Positions 52,627 to 64,000 of a stretch of DNA of 64,000 bases are shown in pieces. A model generated the notes under the pieces. That model saw only the letters and a program-made list of their open reading frames with translations. It did not search any database and was not told where the DNA came from. The DNA is taken from assembly GCF_963921235.1 (NCBI RefSeq), contig NC_086097.1, forward strand, positions 219,668,001 to 219,732,000. Reading direction: 5' to 3'. This DNA comes from Mobula hypostoma. Lineage: Eukaryota. Each line of letters opens with the position of its first letter. Positions within the stretch are counted from its first letter, which is position 1. Both the position numbers and the translations under genes were made by a program.

Positions 52627-55139
52627 GTACCTCTTCCTAGAGATGCTGCCCGGCCTGCTGCATTCACCAGCAACTTCCTTGTGTATATCTTTATCTCTCA
52701 CCCACTATATTTGTGTCTCTTACTATCTGTCTACTTTTCTCTCTAAATCTCTTGCTCGCTACCTCTCTCACTCAATCTCCCATTATCTTTTCCTCTTTCT
52801 CTACAGATACCATCTGATTTATCGTGTGTTTCCTTTCTTTTACGATTTATGCTTCTTAAATTTATTTAAATTTCCATTGCTATTTGAAGTGAAGGGAAAA
52901 GAGCAGCTCGGAATGAATGAAGATGGCATTCTTGCAGAATATTGTCGACTTGTAAAGATTAATAAATATAGATTTTAAAAAATGATTGGATGTGCAGGAT
53001 TGGCCTTTTCACATTACGTATGTGGTAGCTCAGGTTCCAAATTAGTTCCATACCTTGCATTTTTTTGATCTGTTTGTTTCTTTTAGTATTCTTTGTTGAA
53101 TAGGGTTGAGGCTCTATTGTCTGCTGGAAATAGATTCCAAGTCCTAAGCGAAGAACAGACCAAACACTTGCTGATCTAACGTTTCTTTCAAAACAATGAG
53201 CCATGCATCATTGGCACTGAAACCATTATTCACTTTCCAGTTAAGCTGCTTGCCATTTTCTATTTCAGGGCATAAAATATTATGTTTTCTGAGAAGCTTT
53301 TTAAATGTGCTGGCTGAATTACTTAATCATTGTAAGTGCAAATAAACCCTTAATAACTAACTCTTATATGAATAAGGAAGCTTCAGTGAAGCTGGCTGAA
53401 CTGGATATAGATCCTTGCTGTGCAATTAAAGCAAACGAGAGCAGTAGTGAAAGGACACCTGATAGGAGCAAAAGCGAGGAGAGGAATGTTATCAGCAATA
53501 TTTTCATGACTGATTTATTTCTAAATGTAATATATTCGTCTGGCACTTCAAAGTGTGAGAGAAAGGTTTGTAAGCAATACATTTGGTTTGTGATCATTCC
53601 TAATGCATCCCTCTTCATCAAAACCATTTGAGATTAAATATAAACCAAATGCAGCAGAAAAAAAAATCTTTGCTCCTAGATCGCTACAAACCTTGTCACA
53701 TAAGAAATATTATAAAGCAAATTGTGGTGGGTTCAAAAGTTGAAAGAACAGGTGTTTTTGGCTGCATTTTCCAGTTGGTCTGGTTAAGGTTGAAAGACGC
53801 ATGCTGGCTGAAGTAATTCTAATAATGTGTCTTGAAACAAAGAACCCAGCCTTGCCATCTGGGACTGTTCACATTTGGTTAAATTCAAAATAATGTTGTT
53901 ACTTCCCTTTCACTGAGAGCTATGCTGGTTGTAAGGAAAAATGTGAAGGCAGCCATATCCCCCAGTTGTTAACTATGAAGTGATCTGGATTTTGTTTTTG
54001 GTGTAGTAAATTATGAATTGTGTGTTACTGTCACTTCGTGAACAAAGACTAAAGGAAGAACGTTTGGTATTTAGGAGAAAATGACAGTTCAGTGACTTCT
54101 GAATCAATAAGTAAAAGTTGAATTGTTGTAGTGTAAGTCTTCATCCTGCAAGATCTGTAACAGATTCTGACAAAAGAAGATTTGTAGTCCACCTTATCCA
54201 CCTCTTCACAATGTTCACTGCATCCTATTCTACACAAACATAATCATGAATTTTTTGTTCTACAGCTCATGTCAGTAATCTATTCCAAATATATTTAGTT
54301 AAAAGAAAGTTTCATGTCATTTCATGTTTCTTTGGTTCTTGTGCTGTTTTTTTTTTGTGTGTACAGGGTAAGAAATCCAAAATGTCCAGACTTTTCAGAT
54401 CTGGCACATCTGACATACTTCTCCTCAATGTTATGTTTTCAGTGGACTAAGAGACTATATTTTTGTGACTTGAAAATCTCTAGAAAAACAATTCATTGTG
54501 TTTGGACTGGAGTCTTTTAGCTTTCTAAATGTTTGACATTGTTTAACAACCTTCCGACCAACCAAGGTGTTGCAGTTCAAAGGGCCATGATTACCTCCCT
54601 CTTTGATATTGCCAGTAACTCGTTCTTCCTAAGATTTCCATTATACCTACCGAAACCACTCCGAACAGCTTGAATCCTTTCATAGAAATGCAAAAAAAAT
54701 TAAAAGTTCTGAATTTCCTCAGTTTTTGATGAATTCTGAGACCCATATTCACAATTACCAATGTTCGACCACAGTTTGAATTCAACTGAGAATATTCTGA
54801 ATGCATTTTTTTTGTTCACGTTCAATCACAGTTCACCTTCTCCAGTTAACATTCATGGAGTCATGTACCCCAACACTTTGTCTATTTAGTTTTAGATGCT
54901 ACACTTTTAATAATCTGTCTGAGCAGCCTTTCAGTTTCCTGTCTAGGCTGCATCTTTTTTATGCTGAAGCAGGAAAAGAAGCCTTTCAAATTCTCTCAGT
55001 TAGCACCAAGCAGAGAAAGGTGGCAACACACTGGCAAACTGCACAGTACACCAAAATGCTATAGCATCGTTATTTAACAATTTGGGCATACACCTCTATA
55101 CTCTATGTGAAGGTAAATCTGCATCGAAGACAATGATGC

Positions 55140-55645
55140 GTTGCAGTGGGTTAGGTTCGATATATAGCAAGGTGGGTGACATAAGTTCAATTGGGAAGAT
55201 ACATGTTCAAATGGTTGGGAGATCCATTAAGATTACAGCACGCAAATATAAAAGTACTGAGACAGTACAATACGGATGCAATACTGCTTAGCGCTGAGAT
55301 GAGAGGTTCAGCAATGTCACAGCCTCAGGGAAGAAGCTCTTCCTGTGCCTGCTGGTGTGGGAGCGGAGGCTCCTGTAGCGCCTACTGGATGGGAGGAGAG
55401 TAAGAAGTCCATGGTTAGGGTGAGATGCATCCTTGAAAATGCTTTTCGCCCTGCCCAGGCAGCGTTTATGGTAGATATTCTCAATGGCGGGCATTTGGGT
55501 GTGGATAATCCGCTGGGCAGTTTTCACCACACGCTGGAGTGCTTTGCAGTCCGATATGGGACAATTGCCATACCACACTGAGATGCAGTTGGTGAGTATG
55601 CTCTCAATGGTACAGTGGTAAAAGTCCGTCAGTATCCTGGGACAG
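55140..55645 (-). mobile_element. Rex1-like LINE 3' fragment
   Basis: WYGNCPISDCKALQRVVKTAQRII...HPNHGLLTLLPSSRRYRSLR..SFFPEAV. Confidence 0.85.
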
Positions 55646-55949
55646 AAGAAACAAACAGTGATTTCTATACCTTCCAGTAATTTCTGCCCTCTACCCCCTC
55701 CAGGTCTAAGGAAAGGTCAGCAGATAGATAATCTAATTGAGTTCCCTTTGATTTTCAATCTGTGTTACATTGGCCCAGAATTCATGTTGATTCTACTGAA
55801 TTTTTTTTGCATTATTCGAGATGAATTCAAGCAGCACAGCCAATATGGGAACAATTTAGGATTTCTGCATTAAACTACACATGCACAAAAATACCAAGAC
55901 TGATGGCAGTTTCAACAAGAAATGTCAATGAACGCAGGTGATTTTAGCA

Positions 55950-56400
55950 CTAGTCAACTCAGCTTTTTTTGTTGTAGATTCTGTCTAACAAATCTTAGAG
56001 TTTTTCAATGAAGTACCAGGAACGTTGATGAAGGAGAGACAGTGACATGGTCAAAAGCCTTGCTGAAGTCTATGTAGATAAAGTCCCATAAGGGAGGCTA
56101 GTCAAGAAGGTTCAGTTACTTGGCATTCAGGATGGGTTAGTAAATTGGATTCAACATTGGCTTCATGGGAGAAGCCAGAGATTGGTAGTAAATAGTTGCC
56201 TCCTGTGAGTAGTGGTGAGCAGGGGTCATTGCTAAGTCCATTGTTGTTTGTCATCTATATCAATGATCTGGATGATAATTTGGTAAACTGGATCAGCAAA
56301 TTTGTGGATGATACCAAATTGTGGGTGTAGTGGACAGCAAGGAAGACTATCAAAGCTTGCATTGAACCAGCTGGAAAAAATGGGCTAAAAATGGCAGATG
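55950..56400 (+). mobile_element. CR1 RT fragment
   Basis: LFVIYINDLDD..KFVDDTK; DKVP. Confidence 0.8.
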
Positions 56401-56458
56401 GCATTTTGCAAAATTCCAAATTTTTCAAAAGATTTATACATCAGTCATTAGCTGGGCT

Positions 56459-56589
56459 GTTGAATCAATTGATCATGGGTTGGGGATGTGAAATCAATCG
56501 ATTGTTAGTCTGGCTGTAGAATTAATTGATCATCAGTTGGATGTGCAATCAATTAATCATCTGCAAATGTGAGTGATCAATAGATCATC
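56459..56589. repeat. Degenerate tandem repeat, five units of about 26-29 bp with palindromic ATCAATTGAT core
   Basis: gttgaatcaattgatc / gtgaaatcaatcgatt / gtagaattaattgatc / gtgcaatcaattaatc / gtgatcaatagatc. Confidence 0.7.
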
Positions 56590-56949
56590 GTCCATGGGTG
56601 GATTACTATCATTATCACCAAGGGGTGAATGATGAAGTCGTACAGTCAGACCTTGAAAGGAGAAAGACAAGAATTGAGGTCAGAAAGAGACTTTTAGACC
56701 GGTGAGCAAGAACAGTTAGCCCTTGCGTATAGTTTTGTGTAGGGAACGGTCGAAGATGAGGGGCTGGAACAAGTTGCTGCAACTCAATGGGGAGGTAGCA
56801 AAGGGGTATTAGTCCAAAGACTGACTCAACTCTGACGGGAGAGGAAAAAAAATAGGGTTCTAGACCAGGGGAGAGATAACTTGCCTCAGACCTTGGCGAG
56901 AAGAGTGTTTTACTTAGTCCTGGAAAGAGAAATAACGCCCTGAAAGACA

Positions 56950-57238
56950 TTTTTTATTTTACAGAGCAGAACAGGCCTTTACGGTCCTTCAAGCCATGTT
57001 GCCCAGCAAGCCATCAGTTTAACACTAGCCTAATCATGGGACAGCTTACAATCACCAATTAACATACTAACCAGTACGTCTTTAGACTGTGGGAGGAAAC
57101 CAGAACACCTGGAGAAAACACACCTGCACACAGGAGGGAACATACAAACTTGCATATACAGGACTCTAGAATTGAACTTTGAATTTCGATGTCTCGAACA
57201 GTAATAGTGTCACACTAACCGCTATGCTACCGTGGCAC
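56950..57238 (-). mobile_element. V-SINE
   Basis: ctgtgggaggaaaccagaacacctggagaaaac is the reverse V-domain; aaccgctatgctaccgtg is the reverse A box. Confidence 0.8.
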
Positions 57239-59021
57239 CCACAGTTCTCAGTCTATGGGAAAGGGAGTTGCTTGAGGGGAGGTTTGATCGTATCTCAAAT
57301 TGGGAGGTTTGGGGATAGGATGAGAATAAGAAATTGGGGCATATCTGATCTCTGTCCTGGGGCAGTGGTGAGACTGCGGTTTGTCAGGTAGCTGGCTGGA
57401 GGCAGGCCAGTATGATTGCAATGAAGGGTTAGAAACAGTATTCCCTCTAAAGAGTGCCACAAGAACTATCCTTGTGAAAATTATATAATGACCCAAGGAA
57501 CTTCAATAAAAATACCTCAACAAAAATTCTTAAATAAGGCAATTGTATGCCCCCTTGAGTTGCAAGTTCTGCTTCAGCTGGTTTTATGTGGATTTTTTTT
57601 TGGGATTTGCTTTGGATTCTGCTCTGAAATCTTCTGGATTTAGCCTGCTTTGAAAATTGAAGCTATTCGGCTGCCATATTGATCCTTTGCAGTGTCAGTG
57701 CAATTGTAGCAACATACATATCTGCAATGCAGTTCTCACAGATATATCTTAAATTTTTTTTGAACTAAGGCATTGACAGGTTTTTATTTTTATAAAGGCA
57801 GTGATATCTCTGCTTCAGTAAATGGAGAAAAATAATGATATATGTTGCCATGGAAACTTGGTGCTTTTAGAACACATTTGAAAAGACCATATTGAACTGC
57901 GACTTATTCACATAAATTGTTGCGTTGCTTGATTTTGCTTGAAGCAAGTGTAAACTGACACCTGAGGACTGCAGTTGCACGTGCAGCCTTGGTAGCTGGT
58001 GAAACAGACTGATTGTTATTAACTGCAGATGGGCACTCATCCATTTACAAGTAGCCGTGCTTATGGTGCTGCTCATTTCCTGCCTCATTAGAGAGCTAAA
58101 AGGCTTGATGACATCTGTTTCTAGCATTGTTAACTGTTATGAAAAGTTACTAAATTATATATTGAACGTCTGTGTACACAAGGAAGCCTTTCAGAATTGT
58201 TCAGCAAGTAGTTGATATCAACAGATGAAATCCAGATCTTTGTAAACATTGTAGAAATATTGCAGTTGACAACTTGAGTTTTCTTTTCTATTAAATTATA
58301 TTGTTCCTCTGTGCCACCTATAAAGCAGGAACGTCAACCTCTGAACTGATGGTTGATCCTGAATAGAAAGGTGTAAGTTAACCATGGCAGTTACATAACA
58401 CGGCAGACTATTAAAACAAAATTCAAATGGTTTTAAGGACCTTTACAAACCTTGTTGAATGGGATGTGATCATTTTTAATGAATTTGAAGAGGACATTTT
58501 ACTGGCCTGGTACATGATGCTGTGGCTCAATTTAATCCAGAACAATATTCTTTTAGAAATGGATTTTCTGACTTGGTGACCTTTCCTCACTTCTGAAGAC
58601 AAGGCCTTTTTAAATGGCTGATCAGCTGACACTGATACTTCTAATTTGGTGTAGAATGCCCTGTCTGGCTATTTATGATAAGTCTTTCTCAGCAATGTAA
58701 CCAACAAATTTAGTCTGTGATCTTTCTTAATTTATGCTTTCTAATATATACAGCATTCATGGAATTAGATTCAATAGCAAACAGCATAGAAATAATTCAT
58801 TTTCACCACTGTATACAACCATCATTTGATTTGTGTTTCAGAAAATTAAACATTATACAATAATTGAGTTTATCAGCAGAAAAGAGCCCTTTCAGTTTTG
58901 ATGTTAAAGAAATATGGTACACTAAAACTGGCTGCCTATCACAAGAATCCACTTATCAATTAAACACAGCTTTGATAAATTTTGGATGTGCGATTTTAAT
59001 GTGTGATTCAGTTTTTAAAAA

Positions 59022-60025
59022 AATGGTAATTGATGGAGCTTATTCGGGCTGGTGGTCAGTGATCAGTGATCTTCCACAGGGATTTGTCCTTTGTGATTTT
59101 CATAAATGAAATGATTGATGAAGTGGAAGAGTAGGTTTGTAAGCGTGCAGATGACACAAAGGTTGGTGGTGTTGTGGATAGTGTCGAAGATTGTCGTAGG
59201 GACATTGGTAAGGTGCAAAGCTGGACTGAAAAGTGGCAGATGGAGTTCAACCATTCAAAAGTGCAAAGTGATTCACTTTGGAAGGTCGAACTTGAAGGCA
59301 AAATACAGGGTATTCTGTTATAGGGTTAACAGCAGCATTCTTAACAGTGTGGAGGAATAGAGGGATCTTGGGGTTCAAGGCCATAGATCTTGTAAAATTG
59401 CAGTGCAAGTTGATAGGTGGTTAAGAAGGTGTATGATGTGTTGGACTTCATTAGTTGGGGAACTGAGTTCAAAAGCCACAAGGTAATGCAGCTCTGTGAA
59501 ATTTTGATTAGACCATACTTGGAGTAATGTGTTCTGTTCTGGTCACCTCATTATAGGAAGAATGTGGAAGCTTTAGAGAGGGTGCACAGGAGATTTACCA
59601 GGAAGCTACTTGTCTTATGAGGATAGGCTGAGCGAGCTGGGACTTTTTTCTTTGGACAGAAGGATAAGACTTGATATAGATGTACAAGATGACCAGAGGC
59701 ATTGAAAGAATGGACAGCCAGACACTTTCCCCAGGCTAATACAATGGGGGCAAAACTTTAAGCTGTTTGGCGTACTGTACAGATGGAATGTGAGAGGTAA
59801 GCTTTTACTCGGAGAATGGTAGGTGTGTGGAGCATGTTGCCAGGGATGGTGGTAGAGGCAGGTACATTAGCGACATTTACAAGACTCTTAGATGGGTACA
59901 TGGATTAAAGAAAAATGGAGGGCTTTCTGGGAGGAAAGGGTTAGATTGATCTCAGAGGAGGTTAATGGATTGGTACAATATCATAGGCTGAAGGGCCTGT
60001 AGTGTGATATAGTGTTCTATGTTCT
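59022..60025 (+). mobile_element. CR1-type LINE RT-to-3' fragment
   Basis: ADDTKVGGVVDS; KCKVIHFGRSN; ALERV; tgttctatgttcta tail. Confidence 0.88.
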
Positions 60026-60560
60026 AAATATAATTTGATAAAGTGTAAAACAGATAACTTAAGAATAATTTTAAAGTTCTCATCCAAGTGGGCACGAATT
60101 TGGGCGAAGAATTTTTTACTTTTGACTTTAACTTCACACTAGAATTTGAGAAGTTCACTATATAGCACCTGTACGTAAATCCCTTACTCAGAGTTCTTAC
60201 ATTAAACACACCAAAAATATGAATTCTTGTATATTCTGTTGGTAGTTCATAAATTAATCTTATACAGGTATTATAGATTAATGTACATTTTTGACACAAG
60301 GATGCCATCAAAAATGTTGAAAAACATTTAACTAATGATAACTTTGGTTATCAGTGAAGTTATTAGTCTGTTACATTTGATTGTCACAATACACTAGCAA
60401 TAGTTGCTTTATGACAGTAATGTAAATTATTAACAGTCCTGTATTTCCTTGTCCGGAGTGTATACAGCCACTAACCACAACCACATTGCATCAGAATATG
60501 TGGATTCTGGATTCGCCTCTACAGCCCCCTCAGGACACATCAATAGATAACCCCTTAAGA

Positions 60561-61286
60561 CAGGGGTCCCCAACCTTTTTTGCATTACGGACCAGTTTAA
60601 TATTGACAATATTCTTGCGGTCCAGCCAACCGGGGGGGCGGGGGGGGGTGCGGGAGTGTTCAGGTAGGGTTAAACTCACCTCAACATATCTTTTACAGTT
60701 GGGATTGCTAACTTTCTCACTCCCAAATAAGGGACAAAAGTAGCAGTCAAATCCCGGGACACTTTACCCCAGGAAAGACTACCATGACCATGAAGCCTTG
60801 CGCGGGCACCTGTGCGCGCATGCGCGTTCGTGCCGATTTTTTTTCTCCCCACAAATCGGTTTTGCCTTCATCTTCCCGACTATACTGTACATACATTATT
60901 TCTACTTTATATCAGCTGTATATTTATCATATCATTCCTGCTTTTACAATATGTTAGTGTTATTTATTTTCAGTTTTATGTGTTATTTGGTATGATTTGT
61001 TAGCTTATTTTTTGGGTCTGGGAATGCTCAAAAATTTTTCCCATATAAATTAATCGTAATTGCTTCTTCGCTTCACGCCATTTCGGCACCAAAGGTTTCA
61101 TAGGAATGCTCTACTTTAGCGGGGGAAATATGGGACAAACGAATTTAGCCCAATATACGGGATGTCCCGGCAAATATGGGACAGTTGGCAACCCTACGTT
61201 CAAGTTCAACAGTGCGTGACAGGGAATGAGAAAAGGTGCAGCTGACTCATATCGTTTCCTCACGGCCCAGTGGTTGGGGACCGCTA
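60561..61286. mobile_element. hAT (Charlie-like) non-autonomous element
   Basis: TIRs caggggtccccaacc / ggttggggaccgcta; 8-bp TSD ccttaaga (60553-60560) / ccttagga (61287-61294). Confidence 0.85.
60665..61196. mobile_element. Inner hAT-like element with TAGGGTT termini
   Basis: tagggtt ... agttggcaacccta; 8-bp TSD tgttcagg (60657-60664) / cgttcaag (61197-61204). Confidence 0.65.
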
Positions 61287-61559
61287 CCTTAGGAGAATAT
61301 CACACTCGACTTAAGTGATCATACTACTACACAGATGGGGTCTAGAAAGAGTACAGGTGACCTCAACAAACATTTAGAATGTTAATAATACACATGTATC
61401 TAATGCATAATCTATGTGTTTTCCTTGCTCCACCAAATTCCCATTTAAACCCCTCCTTTCTAATCCAGGCAAACCTCACAGAACTGCAGAGACTTCATGG
61501 AAATTCCTTTCCAGACTCAATAACCCTAAATTTACACAAAATACTATGGGAGACAAGCT

Positions 61560-61742
61560 AAAAGCAAAATGTACAGATGGTGGAAATCTGGAATAAAATA
61601 TAAAATCCTGAAAATATCCCGGAGATAGAGTATATGTTAAGCAACACACAAAATACTGGAGAAACACAGCAGGTCAGACAGCATCTATGGAAATCAATAC
61701 ATGGTTGACATTTTAGGCCGAGACCCTTCATCAGGACTGAGA
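61560..61742 (-). mobile_element. Penelope pLTR fragment with hammerhead-like motif (61703-61738)
   Basis: Minus strand agtcctgatgaagggtctcggcctaaaatgtcaacc. Confidence 0.75.
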
Positions 61743-62742
61743 TAACAGTGTATGTCAAACAGTATATGTTTCAGAACTATGTCTTTTCGTTAGAACTGGT
61801 TACTTTGGCTATAATATTGATATCAAAACTTAATATAATTTGAGTAAAATCAGGTACAAGGATCATGTTTAGATTTGAGAGCTGTGTGTTTTAGATTCAG
61901 CATGAAAAATACATTCAAGCTTGAATAACAAAATCCTTGAGACCCACTCATTACCCACAGTTTTATTTCCATCAAAGGTAATTTAGTGCCTTTAAAGTTG
62001 TTTGTAGACAAAATGATGCAACTGATGTTTGAAAATAATTTGAGAAAAATAAAGCTAACGTTTCAGAAAAGTACAGGCTGTATTGTTGATTCAAAATATT
62101 GCATGTACATCTTATGCATTTACCAAATTGAATCAGATTTTGCTATCAAGTTAATGTTTTAATAACAAACTTGGAAAAAATAAAATGACTTTTTTAAAAA
62201 GCACATTCAGCTGTCAAAGTTGCAGTGAAATAAAATAAGGAAGCACCATCAGCACCTCTGGCTGTGGCACCTGTTATGAGATTATATTGGTATGTCTAAC
62301 GAATGCAAAGACATCAATTTCAAAATTTAATTAAAATCATTTATTCTGCATGTCTCCAGGGTTTTAAAAATAGTCGAAAGAAAACAGCAACCCAACAATG
62401 GATGTTAAAATCAATATCTCACTAAGAGCCACCATTTCTATTATTTACTGATCCAAAGGACAGCAGAAATACAAGTAGCTTTCATTACAGATATCTGCAA
62501 TCACCCTTATTTATAATGGCAAGTAGAGCCATGTTAATGAACTTTTGAATGTTTCAGTGGAGGAAGATAAAACTGTTGGGAAGTTATGGAGCGTGTCATT
62601 TTCAAGGACTCTGCAACTCGTTCTCATTTTTTTGCATTTGTATGGGTTGCCTTTATTTTGCTCATTGGTTGTCTGTATATAGTATTTCACTAATTCTATT
62701 GTATTTCAGTCTTACTGTGAATGTGTGCAAGAAAATGAATCA

Positions 62743-62839
62743 GTTACAACAAAAAAGAACCGAACAAAATCATTTTTTCTTTCTCCTCTTTATGACGGTT
62801 TGGTTTACAACAGTTAGAAATATGGAGATTTGAAGTATG
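62743..62839 (+). repeat. 97-bp exact direct repeat, copy 1 (inside a LINE tail)
   Basis: Identical to 63656-63752. Confidence 0.95.
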
Positions 62840-63039
62840 GTGATTTTATATATTTTTTTTCCCCACATATAATTTACTTTGAACTTTGAAGTAAAGTCAC
62901 CTGCACTAGTATCTTCCTTCAATGCTGCAAGGTGGGATTTCCAGCTTGGTTGGACATTTACAATGGCACAAACTTTAGTTCTTTTCCAGAGGATCTAGGA
63001 CTGCTTGCCGTAAATCGTAACATATACTTTTAGTGCTCA

Positions 63040-63487
63040 CCATATAAGTGCTCTGCTCACACATGACTGCATGGCCAAAACACCCAAGCAATCACATCGT
63101 CAAGTTTGCCATTGCCACAACATCACCAACAACGATGAGACAGCCTACAGAGAGGAGGTAGAAGAGCTCGAAGCTTAGTGCCTGGCAAATAACCTCTTCC
63201 TTAATGTCATCAAGACAAAGGAGATGTTTATCAATTTCAGGACCCACGCTGCTTTACATCGGTGGCACAGCAGTGGAAACTGCAAGTAGTTTCAAACTCA
63301 TGGGAGTGCAAATCATTCAAAACCTGTATTGGTCACAAAACGCAGCTTACACAGTCAAATCTATTTATTGTGTATTTTTTAATCTTTTGCATTTTTTTTT
63401 GTCTATGCATTGGATCCGGAGTAACAAATTATTTTGTTCTCCTTGAACTTGTATACAGGAAATGACATTAAACAATCTTGAATCTTG
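63040..63487 (+). mobile_element. Rex1-like RT fragment and tail
   Basis: LLTHDC; NNLFLNVIKTKEM; attaaacaatcttgaatcttga tail. Confidence 0.75.
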
Positions 63488-63655
63488 AGTAAGGTCCTGC
63501 TAATAATGTATAGTGTGCAACATGCCAACCTCCTTTAATAATTCAAGGCTTGGCTGCTGTAAGATTTATCCTTACTCAATGAAAGGCAAATTCCTCCTTG
63601 GAGCAAAATTAGGCCATTTTTCATATAGATTTCCAACTATTTGCAAATCAGAGAC

Positions 63656-63752
63656 GTTACAACAAAAAAGAACCGAACAAAATCATTTTTTCTTTCTCCT
63701 CTTTATGACGGTTTGGTTTACAACAGTTAGAAATATGGAGATTTGAAGTATG
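63656..63752 (+). repeat. 97-bp exact direct repeat, copy 2 (probable donor)
   Basis: Identical to 62743-62839; flanked by the inverted heptamers cagagac / gtctctg. Confidence 0.95.
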
Positions 63753-64000
63753 TCTCTGTTTCATGATAAATGGATTGCAGAAAGGAAAAAATCTGCATTA
63801 TACATATGTGACCATGGAGTATCTACTGTACAAAATCAAAAAGTATTGAGGGAGTGATCTAATGGTAGGCATATGGACATAGCAGATTCTCTGATGTTTA
63901 ACTAGAGCTCCCCACCATATATGTGACTTGATTGCATTGCCTTGCTTTGCTGCAATTCCAAATACTTGCCACCGAGTGGTGCTGTACTGCAGACATCTCG

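Larger units (their letters stand above)
51789..52674 (-). mobile_element. Penelope-like element: truncated GIY-YIG C-terminus, pLTR and inverted pLTR, with 14-bp TSD
   Basis: ETRRRLGDRFAEHL..PVATHFNS..RLEEQHLIFRLGSLQPDGMNIDFSNFR; inverted arms 51833-52049 / 52466-52676; TSD ttccttgtgtatat at 51775-51788 and 52675-52688. Confidence 0.92.
60440..61330 (+). mobile_element. RTE 3' end interrupted by a hAT composite element
   Basis: 60460-60560 plus 61287-61320 match the reverse complement of 14140-14270. Confidence 0.7.

Noticed and set aside
51464..52978. Pro/Ser/Leu-rich and Gly/Arg-rich ORFs
   Set aside because: Translations of CT-rich low-complexity DNA and pLTR arms
56459..56589. CRISPR-like array
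   Set aside because: Units are degenerate, spacers are too short, there are no cas genes, and the context is vertebrate
62549..63746. Two ORFs sharing the C-terminus LQQKRTEQNHFFFLL
   Set aside because: By-product of the 97-bp duplication; no coding signal

Overview
AT-rich, CpG-depleted, repeat-saturated eukaryotic non-coding DNA. The repeat set (CR1-type LINEs, V-SINEs, DeuSINE remnants, Rex1/Babar, Tx1, RTE, Penelope-like elements) points to a cartilaginous fish, probably a ray; this is inference. I found no convincing host protein-coding exon: every recognisable ORF is a transposon fragment. Main points: (1) at least 8 Penelope-derived minimal hammerhead-ribozyme motifs, including a complete fold-back insertion with a perfect 14-bp TSD (51789-52674); (2) a fossil Gypsy gag-pol (about 8.8-14.1 kb) broken by several later insertions; (3) a tRNA-headed SINE with a Bov-A/BovB-like tail; (4) an exact 97-bp templated insertion; (5) nested hAT MITEs; (6) TE-free islands with promoter/enhancer-like motifs (about 22.4 kb and 34.5-38.9 kb). 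Family calls come from motif recognition by eye, not database searches. Boundaries of degenerate repeats are approximate.
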